A DNA stretch of 64,000 nucleotides from an uncultured Candidatus Berkelbacteria bacterium (GTDB lineage Bacteria; Patescibacteriota; UBA1384; UBA12157; JAENIV01): contig OY969116.1 of the NCBI GenBank assembly GCA_963698075.1, forward strand, positions 19,881 through 83,880. The letters run 5' to 3'. The notes under the pieces are model-generated. The model was not told the DNA's origin. It saw nothing but the letters and a program-made list of their open reading frames with translations, and ran no database searches. Both the position numbers and the translations under genes were made by a program. Positions 9,651 through 19,038 of this stretch are shown here, one piece after another (within the stretch, counting starts at the first letter, position 1; the number at the start of each line of letters is the position of its first letter).

Positions 9651-10887
9651 AGCAGTTAAATCATTTTTAAGTCGAGAGATTCTAGAACACACATGGTTTT
9701 TTTTGGCGATTTTAATTATCGGAAGTTTCCTACTGAGAATTTGGCATTTGGGAGTAATCAAAGAAGAAATCTTCGACGAAGTTTATTTTGTCCATTTTGC
9801 AAAAAATTATTTATCAGGGACTTCTTTTTTTGATATTCATCCGCCGCTAGGCAAACTGATTCTCGCTCTAGGTATTAAAATTTTTGGTGATACCCAATTT
9901 GGTTGGCGGATTATGCCAGCGATTTTTGGGACCGCCGTCATCTTTTTAGGATATCTAGTTGGCAAAGAATTAAAAAACCCGCCTGACGATCGGGCAGGCA
10001 AAATTGTCGGACTATTTATGGCATTAATTTTGGCTCTTGATGGAATGATTTTAGTTTATTCCCGAGTCGGTCTAATGGATATTTTTATGATCTTTTTTAT
10101 TTTTTTTGGATTCTGGAGCTTTCTCAAATTTGCTAAAACTAATAAATTACATTATTTAGCCCTCGCTGGTTTATCGCTGGGTATGGTAGCTTCCGTAAAA
10201 TATATTGCCGGTTTGTTATTTTTTGTATTTCTTTTAATAATTTTCGTCAAAAAAATACCGATTAAAAAAATAATTTGGCAATTTCCGATTTTTATTCTCG
10301 TTCTACCAACATTAATATATCTTGCTTTTTTCCTTTTTAACTTCCCGCTTGATGGCCATTTTTTCAGCAAAGTATTAGAATGGCACCAACAATCTCTAAA
10401 TTATAATTTAACGTTAAAAGAAGGTCATCCTTATGGTTCAAAATGGTGGACTTGGTTTTTGCTCTTGAGACCAATTTGGCTTTATTTTAAAGATATTGGT
10501 GGCCAATATGTGGGTGTTGTTGGCTTGGGTAATCCTCTGGCCTGGTGGTCTTCATTGATAGTAGTGCCGGTGCTTATTTGGAGAGTTTACAAAAAAGACA
10601 CGACCGCTACTATTATTTTAGGTAGTTTTCTAATATTTCTTTTGCCCTGGGCTTTTTTTAAGAGAGTGCTTTTTTATTATCACGCCTTGCCGGCATTTCT
10701 CTTTTTAAGTCTTGGCACAGCTTATCTTTTGGAAAAACTTCTCAAAGATAATTTAGGAAAAGTAATTGTTTCTGTTTATTTTATCTTGTTAATTTTTTTA
10801 TTCTTTTATTTTTTGCCAATTTGGATGGGCTGGTCAATTTCCTCTGCCCAATTTTATCATCGAATGTGGTTCAAGAGCTGGATTTAA
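9619..10887 (+). CDS. glycosyltransferase family 39 (PMT/ArnT-like) integral membrane protein
   Basis: Multi-TM protein with the GT39/PMT-type loop motif IKEEIFDEVYFVHFAKNYL...DIHPPLGK. Overlaps the murG 3' end by about 30 nt. Confidence 0.6.
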   Translation: MNRMQILKQFKAVKSFLSREILEHTWFFLAILIIGSFLLRIWHLGVIKEEIFDEVYFVHFAKNYLSGTSFFDIHPPLGKLILALGIKIFGDTQFGWRIMPAIFGTAVIFLGYLVGKELKNPPDDRAGKIVGLFMALILALDGMILVYSRVGLMDIFMIFFIFFGFWSFLKFAKTNKLHYLALAGLSLGMVASVKYIAGLLFFVFLLIIFVKKIPIKKIIWQFPIFILVLPTLIYLAFFLFNFPLDGHFFSKVLEWHQQSLNYNLTLKEGHPYGSKWWTWFLLLRPIWLYFKDIGGQYVGVVGLGNPLAWWSSLIVVPVLIWRVYKKDTTATIILGSFLIFLLPWAFFKRVLFYYHALPAFLFLSLGTAYLLEKLLKDNLGKVIVSVYFILLIFLFFYFLPIWMGWSISSAQFYHRMWFKSWI

Positions 10888-10926
10888 TGATTAATTTGAG
10901 ATAGAATATACTTCGAAAGAGAAAAA

Positions 10927-12348
10927 ATGTTAAGCGAAGCGAAATCCGCCTCTGGCGGAATCAAAAAAATCCATTTTATTGGTATCAAAGGCGTAGGCAT
11001 GTGCGCCTTAGCATTACTTGCTAAAGAGAAAGGAGACGAAGTTACGGGCTCCGACATTGATGAGACCTTTGTGACAGATGACGCTCTAGCCAAGGCAGGC
11101 ATCGAAGTCAATATTTTTGATAGCAATAATATCTCCAACAAGCTTGATCTCGTAATTGTCTCGGCCGCCTACGGCAAAGACAACATTGAAGTAAAAGAAG
11201 CCAAAAAAAGGCATCTTGAGATCATGTTTTATTCTGAAGCCTTAGCTTTTTTTGCTCGTAATTCGCTCTTAATTGCTGTTGCCGGGATTCATGGTAAAAC
11301 AACAACGGCAGCGATGCTTAGTTTTCTTTTAACCAAAGCCAATCTTGATCCGAGTTTTGTCATTGGTGCTGGTGAGGTTAAGTCCTTAGGAACAAGCGGT
11401 CATGTCGGTAAGGGTGATTATTTTGTTGTCGAAGCCGATGAATATCGTAAGAGTCCAGACGACTCTTCATCTAAATTTTTTGATCTTTCACCGGAAATAG
11501 AAATAATCACGAGTATCGAGATGGATCATCCTGATATTTTTACTTCCGAAGAATCGGTCTTTAACGTCTTTTATAAATTTGCCTGTCGTATTCCCCGTAA
11601 AGGTTTTATCATTCTTTGCACCGATTATCCAAAAGCAAAAAAGCTCCAGCGCTCTTTGGCCGATCGCAATATTGAATCTTATGGTTTTTCAGAAGCACTC
11701 TGGCAAATTATCGATTTTCATGAAACTCGAACGGAAACAATTTTTTCAATTAAACATCAGGAAAAAATCATTGGTCCATTTAAATTAAAAGTGCCTGGTC
11801 AGGCTAACATCTTAAACGCTACCGCGGCAATTATTACTTGTCTAAAAATTGGGATAGAAGAAAAATTAATTAAAAAAAACATTGCTGATTTGGTGGGTGT
11901 TAAAAGACGTTTTGAAAAAATTGGCCAGTTCAACGACATTACCATTATCGATGATTATGCTCATCACCCTCGCTCAATTGATTTGACTTTAGAGGCCGCC
12001 AGAAAAAAATTTCCCACCCACAAAATTTGGTGTGTTTTTCAGCCTCACACCTATTCCCGAACTAAAGAACTCTTAAAGGATTTTGCCACCGCTTTCAAAG
12101 AAGCTGACAAAGTCATCGTCACTGAAATCTATGCTTCCCAAAGGGAAAGTGAAGCCACCATCAGTGGGCAACAACTAGCAGAGGCAATCCATCGGCACCA
12201 GCGTAACGTGAGATTTATTAGCGACTGGTCAAAAATTATCAAAGAAATTATTGATTCCGCCGATGGTCAAAATTTAATTATTACCATGGGTGCGGGTGAC
12301 ATTTACAAATTAGGCAATACATTACTCAAGGCATTAAAAGAGACGTAA
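10927..12348 (+). CDS. murC: UDP-N-acetylmuramate--L-alanine ligase
   Basis: N-terminus IHFIGIKGVGMCALA and P-loop AGIHGKTTTAAM. Confidence 0.85.
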   Translation: MLSEAKSASGGIKKIHFIGIKGVGMCALALLAKEKGDEVTGSDIDETFVTDDALAKAGIEVNIFDSNNISNKLDLVIVSAAYGKDNIEVKEAKKRHLEIMFYSEALAFFARNSLLIAVAGIHGKTTTAAMLSFLLTKANLDPSFVIGAGEVKSLGTSGHVGKGDYFVVEADEYRKSPDDSSSKFFDLSPEIEIITSIEMDHPDIFTSEESVFNVFYKFACRIPRKGFIILCTDYPKAKKLQRSLADRNIESYGFSEALWQIIDFHETRTETIFSIKHQEKIIGPFKLKVPGQANILNATAAIITCLKIGIEEKLIKKNIADLVGVKRRFEKIGQFNDITIIDDYAHHPRSIDLTLEAARKKFPTHKIWCVFQPHTYSRTKELLKDFATAFKEADKVIVTEIYASQRESEATISGQQLAEAIHRHQRNVRFISDWSKIIKEIIDSADGQNLIITMGAGDIYKLGNTLLKALKET

Positions 12349-12358
12349 GGAGACTCGA

Positions 12359-13339
12359 TTGAAGATTAAGAAGATTACGGAAATTTTGTCGGAAGTACGC
12401 GAACAAGTAGTCATGCGCAATTACACATCTTTAAAAGTGGGCGGGGTCGCCGATTATTTTTTCGAGGCCAAAAAAATTGAAGATTTAGTAAGAGCTGTCA
12501 GGGTCAGCGTTGATTACAAAATTCCTTATTTCATTTTGGGGGGTGGTTCGAATATTCTATTTTCTGATTATGGTTTTCCTGGATTGGTGATTAAAAATTC
12601 ATCCTCAAACGTCGCTGTTTTGAAGGAAAAAAGCCAGGTTATTGCCGATTCTGGCTTAACTTTAGCAAGGTTGATTATGGAAACAACCGCCAATGATTTA
12701 TCGGGTCCAGAATTTCTATATGGCGTACCAGGCACCGTGGGGGGCGCTGTCTACGGTAATGCAGGTGCCTATGGTCAGTCAATTGGTGATTATGTTAAAA
12801 ATTTGACGGTTCTAAAAATTGATCCCAAAGATAATATTCCCAAGATTTTTCAATTCGACAGATTATGGATGGATTTTGAATATCGCTCAAGCAGATTAAA
12901 AAAATTTAAATCTAGATTTAAACCAGTCATTTTGTCAGTCCGCTTTCAATTTTCTCAAAATCAAAAAGAAGAAATTATGAGAAAATTAAACAGTTTTAAA
13001 GAAAATCGTTTTAAAACTCAACCAATTGGGCTTTCTGCTGGCTGTGTTTTTAAAAATCCTATTCCCAACGAATTAAAAAATGTCACCGGGAAAGGTTCCC
13101 GGGGGATGCCGGAATTGCCAAGACAACGTCGGGCAGGTTATTTATTGGATCAATCAGGGGCAAAAAAACTCAAAATTGGTGCCGCTGTCGTATCTGGCAA
13201 ACATGCCAACTTTGTTTTAAATAATGATGGGGCTAGAGCTTCGGAAATTAGAACATTGATTGAAGCAATGAGAGAAGGGGTCACCCAAAAATTTGGTGTT
13301 ACTTTAGAAGAAGAAATTGAATATGTTGGTCAATGGTAA
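12359..13339 (+). CDS. murB: UDP-N-acetylenolpyruvoylglucosamine reductase
   Basis: FAD-binding N-terminus RNYTSLKVGGVADYFFEA..LGGGSNIL typical of MurB. Confidence 0.8.
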   Translation: MKIKKITEILSEVREQVVMRNYTSLKVGGVADYFFEAKKIEDLVRAVRVSVDYKIPYFILGGGSNILFSDYGFPGLVIKNSSSNVAVLKEKSQVIADSGLTLARLIMETTANDLSGPEFLYGVPGTVGGAVYGNAGAYGQSIGDYVKNLTVLKIDPKDNIPKIFQFDRLWMDFEYRSSRLKKFKSRFKPVILSVRFQFSQNQKEEIMRKLNSFKENRFKTQPIGLSAGCVFKNPIPNELKNVTGKGSRGMPELPRQRRAGYLLDQSGAKKLKIGAAVVSGKHANFVLNNDGARASEIRTLIEAMREGVTQKFGVTLEEEIEYVGQW

Positions 13340-13369
13340 ACCCTGTTAAGCGGGGCATAGGGAGGGCTC

Positions 13370-14110
13370 GTGTTTGGTACCCCCCCAAAAATTTTTAATC
13401 CACCACCACAAAAGGTCAAAAGGACATTTCCAAAATTCTTGATCGCAATTTTTATAATCCTTTTGATCGCTGGCGCTTTAATTTATTCGCTATTTTATTC
13501 ATCTTTTTTTCAAATTAAGAACATTACCATCACCGGGACGACCTTAGATGATTTTGATCAAACCGGCCTTAAAGGACAAAACATTCTTTTTATCAATATT
13601 TCCGAAATTAAATCAAAAATTTTGGCCTCCCATCCTGAAGTAAACCAGGTCCAGATAGTTAGGGGTCTTCCTGATACATTAAAAATTGTGATTAAGTCGA
13701 ATCAAGCCTTGCTGATTTGGCAGACAAACAATCAACAATATTTAATTAATCAAAAAGGTGTTGCCTTTAGCGAATTACAAGGTCAGACTGATCTTCCTCT
13801 TGTTCAGGATAATAAAAATTTAAATATCCAATTAGGCCAGCAGGTAGTCACAGCCAATTTTATTGAATTTATTCATGAATTGTCCAACAAGTTTTCTGAT
13901 GCGCTTGGTTTCAAAATTGTTTATTTTGAAATCAATGAAACTATTTTCCAGGTCGAGGCGATGGCCGATCAAGGATGGTTAGTTAAGTTTGATTCCACGA
14001 GATCGGTTGATGATCAGTTGGATGCATTAAAAAAAGTCTTAGCCGAACACAAGGCAGATATTCATGAGTATGCCGATGTGAGGGTTGAAGGAAAAGTTTT
14101 TTACAAATAA
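13370..14110 (+). CDS. ftsQ: FtsQ/DivIB-like cell division protein (single TM + POTRA-like region)
   Basis: N-terminal basic stretch plus one TM, then a beta-rich extracytoplasmic part. Position after murB in the dcw cluster. Confidence 0.5.
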   Translation: MFGTPPKIFNPPPQKVKRTFPKFLIAIFIILLIAGALIYSLFYSSFFQIKNITITGTTLDDFDQTGLKGQNILFINISEIKSKILASHPEVNQVQIVRGLPDTLKIVIKSNQALLIWQTNNQQYLINQKGVAFSELQGQTDLPLVQDNKNLNIQLGQQVVTANFIEFIHELSNKFSDALGFKIVYFEINETIFQVEAMADQGWLVKFDSTRSVDDQLDALKKVLAEHKADIHEYADVRVEGKVFYK

Positions 14111-14116
14111 AATATT

Positions 14117-15760
14117 ATGGTTAAAAGATGGTTAGTTTTACCTAAAAAATCGCAAGATTTAGTTGAACAACTTCTCATAAACCGCAGAATCAAAAAGGAG
14201 GACTGGACCTCCTTTTTAAGACCCGATTTTGAAAAAGGACTTCACGACCCCTTTTTAATGAAGGGCATGAAAGAAGTGGTTCAGCGTATCGAGGAAGCGA
14301 TCAAAAATAAAGAAAAAATTGGTCTCTTTGGTGATTATGATGCTGATGGCATTCCGGGAATCGTTTTGCTTTACGAGACTTTAAAACTTTTTGGGCTTGA
14401 TGTCGAAATTTTCATTCCCACCCGTGAGCAGGGCTATGGTTTAAATAATAAAGGGATTGATATTTTAAAAAAAGAGGGATCTTCTTTAATGATTACCGTT
14501 GATTTGGGGGTGAGAAATATTGAGGAGATCAATTATGCTTGCCAAAATCAGATTGAGACTATTATCATTGACCATCACGAGGTCGGTAAAAATTTGCCGA
14601 AATGCCTCATTCTTGATCCCAAACAAAGAGGCGATAAATATCCATTCAAAGATCTCTCTGCCACTGGCGTCGTTTTCAAGCTCTTGCAGGGATTGTCTAA
14701 AAAATCATCAAAAATTAATATCGCCTTTTTAAAATGGTCTTTGGATTTGGTGGCAATTTCTACCATTTGCGATATCGTGCCGCTCGTTGATGAAAATCGA
14801 ATCTTTGCCAAATGGGGCCTCATTGTTTTGCAAAAAACCAAGCGCCTTGGTTTGCGGGAATTATATCAAAGGGTTGCAATATTACCTGAAAAGATCGATA
14901 CTTATTCGGTTGGCTTCCAAATCGGACCGCGGCTCAATGCGCCGGGAAGAATGGACCACGCTAATGAAAGTTTTTATTTATTGACGACTAAAAATCACGA
15001 GCAAGCGGGTGTATTAGCCGAAAAATTGGATAAAATTAACCGCTGCCGCCAAGCGGAATTGGACCGAGTTTTAAATGAGGCCCGAAAAAAAGTTTGCCGC
15101 GATGGTCTTAATAAAAAGAAAGTTATTTTGGTCGATGGTAAAAATTGGCCGCATGGAATAATCGGTCTCGTAGCGGGTAAATTAATGGAAGAATTTGCCC
15201 GGCCGGTAATTGTCTGTGAGCGCCGCGAAAAAGATTTGCGAGGGTCGGCGCGTTCAATTGACGCTTACAATATTATCGAAGCTCTCGATTTTTCCAAAGA
15301 ATATTTGCTTCGATATGGCGGTCACAAACGAGCGGCGGGATTGACTTTGGAATTAGAACATCTTTCTAATCTTTATGACAAATTATTGGAAATCGCCGAA
15401 TCAAAACTCAAAGAAGAAGATTTAGTGCCAAAAATTACTATCGATGCGAAGCTCAATATTGAAGACATCAAAATGGATTTATTAAAAAATATTCAAAAAT
15501 TTGAGCCATTTGGTCTCGGTAACCCTCGTCCGGTGTTTATGATGGAGCAGGCGGAAATATCGGAGGTGAGGACCGTAGGTAAAGAGGGAAAACATCTTAA
15601 AATGCGGGTGGGCGAAATAGATACGATTGGATTTGATTTGGGCGTGTGGGCGGGCAAATTAGACCTTAATAAAAAAATAGATTTAGTTTTTACGATCGAC
15701 GAGGATACTTGGGATGGACGGTCAAAAATCCAACTCAAAATTTTAGATCTCAAAATTTGA
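14117..15760 (+). CDS. recJ: single-stranded-DNA-specific exonuclease RecJ
   Basis: DHH phosphoesterase motifs GDYDADGI and IIDHHE, followed by a DHHA1 region. Confidence 0.85.
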   Translation: MVKRWLVLPKKSQDLVEQLLINRRIKKEDWTSFLRPDFEKGLHDPFLMKGMKEVVQRIEEAIKNKEKIGLFGDYDADGIPGIVLLYETLKLFGLDVEIFIPTREQGYGLNNKGIDILKKEGSSLMITVDLGVRNIEEINYACQNQIETIIIDHHEVGKNLPKCLILDPKQRGDKYPFKDLSATGVVFKLLQGLSKKSSKINIAFLKWSLDLVAISTICDIVPLVDENRIFAKWGLIVLQKTKRLGLRELYQRVAILPEKIDTYSVGFQIGPRLNAPGRMDHANESFYLLTTKNHEQAGVLAEKLDKINRCRQAELDRVLNEARKKVCRDGLNKKKVILVDGKNWPHGIIGLVAGKLMEEFARPVIVCERREKDLRGSARSIDAYNIIEALDFSKEYLLRYGGHKRAAGLTLELEHLSNLYDKLLEIAESKLKEEDLVPKITIDAKLNIEDIKMDLLKNIQKFEPFGLGNPRPVFMMEQAEISEVRTVGKEGKHLKMRVGEIDTIGFDLGVWAGKLDLNKKIDLVFTIDEDTWDGRSKIQLKILDLKI

Positions 15761-15773
15761 ACTAATAAACGAA

Positions 15774-15799
15774 AGGACGAAACGGATCCGTTTCGTCCT
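15774..15799. terminator. perfect 26-nt palindrome (AGGACGAAACGGATCCGTTTCGTCCT) between convergent genes
   Basis: Fully self-complementary sequence read directly. It lies between the recJ stop and the stop of the minus-strand pseudopilin gene. Flanking U-runs are weak. Confidence 0.5.
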
Positions 15800-15842
15800 T
15801 GTGGGATGACTAGGAACTATGGTTGTGTGAGCAGGCCGGTCG

Positions 15843-16283
15843 CTACCACTCGCTGTATTTCGTATGTCCATCCATGGCGGTGAGACTGGAGGCGCTCTGG
15901 ACCTTGCCGGTCTTGGGGGTATAAACCCAGTCGGCATTCTGAGTAAAAGGGTCTATCGGCAGATCGCTGTCGGCGGTGTGCAGATACGGGCCTTTGAAGA
16001 CACCGATCGCATAGTCAACTCCGTTTGGACCTGGTGGCTTGGCGAGTTCTCCTTTTCCCTTTTCGGTCGTCATCAGGTCATCGAGCGTGCGTGGATAGTC
16101 GCCAAGATCCGCCTCGAACTGCTGGATGGCATCGCGGAGCTGGTGCAGATTGCCCCGAAGCGTTGCCTCATTGGCCTTACGATGGATATACAGCAGCCAC
16201 GTGAAGAGGAGCGCTGCCAGTATGCCCAATATGGCGATGTAGATCAAGATCTCGATCAGAGTGAAACCGAAACGCCGTTTCAT
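15843..16283 (-). CDS. GspG/PulG-like type II secretion pseudopilin (prepilin N-terminal methylation domain)
   Basis: MKRRFG|FTLIEILIYIAILGILAA class-III signal peptide. C-terminal GspG-like DPF..W...G...SL...DG motif region. Distinctly GC-rich. Starts at the internal ATG with a GGAG RBS. Confidence 0.75.
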   Translation of the reverse strand: MKRRFGFTLIEILIYIAILGILAALLFTWLLYIHRKANEATLRGNLHQLRDAIQQFEADLGDYPRTLDDLMTTEKGKGELAKPPGPNGVDYAIGVFKGPYLHTADSDLPIDPFTQNADWVYTPKTGKVQSASSLTAMDGHTKYSEW

Positions 16284-16420
16284 GCTCCCACTCCTATCGT
16301 TGGGCATCACTTTCTGCCCTGTCCAGGGATGACCTGGTATTAAATTATAGATAAAATTTTAGAATAAGTCAACAGAATTAAAAAACTTACTGTATAAATA
16401 AAGTCACAATAAACATTCCA

Positions 16421-16464
16421 ATATTCTGCAGAATGTTGGAGGGTTTTTAAAAGTCTTGTATAAT
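16421..16464 (+). promoter_or_regulatory. sigma70-like promoter with overlapping palindrome (operator candidate) upstream of the arsR-like gene
   Basis: TTGGAG (-35), a 17-nt spacer, then TATAAT (-10), all read directly. The -35 is embedded in the 28-nt motif ATATTCTGCAGAATGTTGGAGGGTTTTT that contains the 12-nt palindrome ATTCTGCAGAAT. An identical 28-mer recurs at 24468-24495. Confidence 0.5.
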
Positions 16465-16500
16465 AAAATTACCAAAGAGATATGAAAGAAAGTAAAAAAT

Positions 16501-16767
16501 ATGAGAGACAGCAGGAAATTGGAAAGAGTATTTAAGGGGGCAGCTAATCATTGGAGGATTGAAATTTTAATAATGATCCAAAGAAATCCCCAAATAACAC
16601 TGCACGATATTGCCGCCAAACTTCAGGCTAATTTTAAAACCATCTCCGAACATAATAAAAAATTAGTGGCAGCTGGGTTAGTTCAAAAAAAATATCTAGG
16701 TCGGGAAGTAACCCATAGATTATCTCCTTACGGAGAAAAAGTCTGTCAAATATTAAAAACGTTCTAA
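16501..16767 (+). CDS. ArsR-family winged-helix transcriptional regulator (88 aa)
   Basis: Small HTH protein with the LHDIAAKLQANFKTISEHNKKLVAAGLV recognition-helix region typical of ArsR/SmtB. Confidence 0.55.
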   Translation: MRDSRKLERVFKGAANHWRIEILIMIQRNPQITLHDIAAKLQANFKTISEHNKKLVAAGLVQKKYLGREVTHRLSPYGEKVCQILKTF

Positions 16768-16791
16768 AGGATATGCTATACTTTATAAGCA

Positions 16792-18084
16792 ATGAAGCAA
16801 AATAATCAAATAATTTTTGTCTGTTCAAATTGTGGCGAAGAATATTTAAAGTGGCAGGGAAAATGTGATAATTGCGGCCAATGGAATACGCTTAAAGAGT
16901 TCAAAATTCAAAGCTCAAAGTTCAAAATGGAGAAGGGATTAATATCAGAACCATTAGAGCTTTCGAAAGTTACCATCAAAAATTTCCATCGCCGCATGAG
17001 CAAAATCGGAGAATTTGACCGTGTTCTAGGCGGGGGGATTGTTCCCGGTTCAGTCATTTTGCTCGGCGGCGACCCTGGCATTGGCAAATCGACTCTTATT
17101 TTACAAATTGCCAACAAACTCGATAACGTTTTATATATCTCCGGCGAAGAATCAGCCGAACAAATTAAAATGCGCTTTGATCGACTCGGTTTGAAATCAA
17201 GTAAAATTAGAATTTTCACCGAAATAGATCTTTCATCAATTATAAATATTTGCGAAAAAGAACAGCCTCAAATTGTCATCGTTGACTCCATTCAGACAAT
17301 TTATTCATCTGATTTTCCTTCTACTCCCGGTTCAATTGTTCAAGTAAGAGAATGCGCTCTTCGACTTCAACAGTTGGCAAAAACTACTTCGACGACCGTC
17401 ATTTTAATTGGTCACGTCACCAAAGAAGGATCAGTGGCCGGACCGCGAACCTTAGAACATTTGGTTGATGTCGTTTTGTATTTAGAGGGAGAACGATTCC
17501 ATAACAATCGGATTTTACGCGCCGCTAAAAATCGCTTTGGCGCCACCGACGAAATCGGCATTTTTGAAATGACAGAAAAAGGTTTAGAAGAAGTCAAAAA
17601 TCCTTCAAAATTGTTTCTGGAAGAACGATTAAAAAATGTACCAGGGACAGTGGTCACAGCGACCATTGAAGGGACTCGTTCATTTCTCGTTGAGGTCCAG
17701 GCGCTAACCTCCACCACGATTTTCGGCTATCCTCAACGCCGTACCTCTGGTTTTGATTTAAATCGTCTCCAACTTTTAGTCGCCATCTTACAAAAAAGAG
17801 CCAATTTAAATTTAAACAGTCAAGATGTCTTTATAAATATTGTCGGTGGTGTTACAATCAAAGAACCGGCGGTCGATTTGGCGGTGGCGATGGCTATAGC
17901 CGGCTCATTTAAAAATAAAACCATTGATTCTAAATTGTGCATCTTTGGCGAACTTGGCCTCTCCGGAGAAATTCGTCAAGTCTCACATGAGCAAAAGAGA
18001 ATCGCTGAGGCCAAAAGACTGGGATTTTCTAAGTTTAATCGCACCAAAACCATAGGGGAGCTAGCGAGGAAATATTTTGTTTAA
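16792..18084 (+). CDS. radA: DNA repair protein RadA/Sms
   Basis: N-terminal C4 zinc finger CSNCGEEY..CDNCGQW, Walker A GGDPGIGKST, KNRFG motif and a Lon-like C-terminal domain. Confidence 0.9.
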   Translation: MKQNNQIIFVCSNCGEEYLKWQGKCDNCGQWNTLKEFKIQSSKFKMEKGLISEPLELSKVTIKNFHRRMSKIGEFDRVLGGGIVPGSVILLGGDPGIGKSTLILQIANKLDNVLYISGEESAEQIKMRFDRLGLKSSKIRIFTEIDLSSIINICEKEQPQIVIVDSIQTIYSSDFPSTPGSIVQVRECALRLQQLAKTTSTTVILIGHVTKEGSVAGPRTLEHLVDVVLYLEGERFHNNRILRAAKNRFGATDEIGIFEMTEKGLEEVKNPSKLFLEERLKNVPGTVVTATIEGTRSFLVEVQALTSTTIFGYPQRRTSGFDLNRLQLLVAILQKRANLNLNSQDVFINIVGGVTIKEPAVDLAVAMAIAGSFKNKTIDSKLCIFGELGLSGEIRQVSHEQKRIAEAKRLGFSKFNRTKTIGELARKYFV

Positions 18085-19012
18085 TATTACTAATGTTGAA
18101 CAAACAAACGTCACTATTTTCATCATTTCTTTGGCTGTCGCCGTTGGATTATTATTTTTGACAAGACGTCTTTTAAAAATTTCTTTTCCTTATTTTTTCA
18201 TGGGGCTTTTAGGGATTATCATCGGGTTATTAATCGGTTCTTTGGCGACCGTGCCGCTGGCCAAATTACCGGGTGCTTACGGTACTTGGGTTCCCGTAAT
18301 TGTCAACGCTTTTGTCACCGTCGCCGTCTTAGATCTTTTTTTGGCCCAAGCTAAACCAGCTTCTAATTTTTTGCACCGGCTGATGCAAAGACTTTTCGGC
18401 CACGAAACTGGTCATGAGGAATCAATTATTGTTGATACTTCTTCATTAATTGACGGTCGTATCGAGCCAATTGCTGTGAGTGGCTTTATTATGGGCAATA
18501 TTTTAGTACCAGCTTTTGTTTTATCTGAACTACAAAAGGTTGCCGATTCTGATGACCCCCTAAAAAGAGCTAAGGGTCGTCGAGGACTCGAGGTCCTCGA
18601 TCGCATGCAGCATAATCCCAAGATACCGCTAGAGATTATCGATGATATGGATACTTCGCGAGAGCCAGTTGATTTGAAATTAATCAAACTGGCTAAGAAG
18701 CGAAATGCTCGTATTCTCACGGTTGATTTTAATTTGAATCGCGTCGCCAAAATCCAAAAAATTTCCGTCTTAAATGTCAATGAATTGGCGGAGAGTCTTA
18801 AACCTTCTCTTATCCCTGGTGAAGAAATTATGGTCAAAATTATTCAAAAAGGCAAGGAGCCTGGTCAAGGCGTTGGTTATTTGCCTGATGGAACGATGAT
18901 TGTTGTTGAGGGCGGTCAAAGCTTAGTCGGTAAGGAAGTCAACTGCGAAGTGGTGCGAATTTATCATACCGTCGCTGGTAAAATGATTTTTGTTCAACCC
19001 AAAAAAAGATGA
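18077..19012 (+). CDS. YacL-like membrane protein with PIN and TRAM domains
   Basis: N-terminal TM helices, a PIN-like core (IVDTSSLIDGRI ... LTVDFNL) and a C-terminal TRAM-like beta domain. The radA-yacL linkage matches Firmicutes/CPR. Confidence 0.65.
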   Translation: MFNITNVEQTNVTIFIISLAVAVGLLFLTRRLLKISFPYFFMGLLGIIIGLLIGSLATVPLAKLPGAYGTWVPVIVNAFVTVAVLDLFLAQAKPASNFLHRLMQRLFGHETGHEESIIVDTSSLIDGRIEPIAVSGFIMGNILVPAFVLSELQKVADSDDPLKRAKGRRGLEVLDRMQHNPKIPLEIIDDMDTSREPVDLKLIKLAKKRNARILTVDFNLNRVAKIQKISVLNVNELAESLKPSLIPGEEIMVKIIQKGKEPGQGVGYLPDGTMIVVEGGQSLVGKEVNCEVVRIYHTVAGKMIFVQPKKR

Positions 19013-19038
19013 ACAAAAACGAAGATTGTGAATATTCT

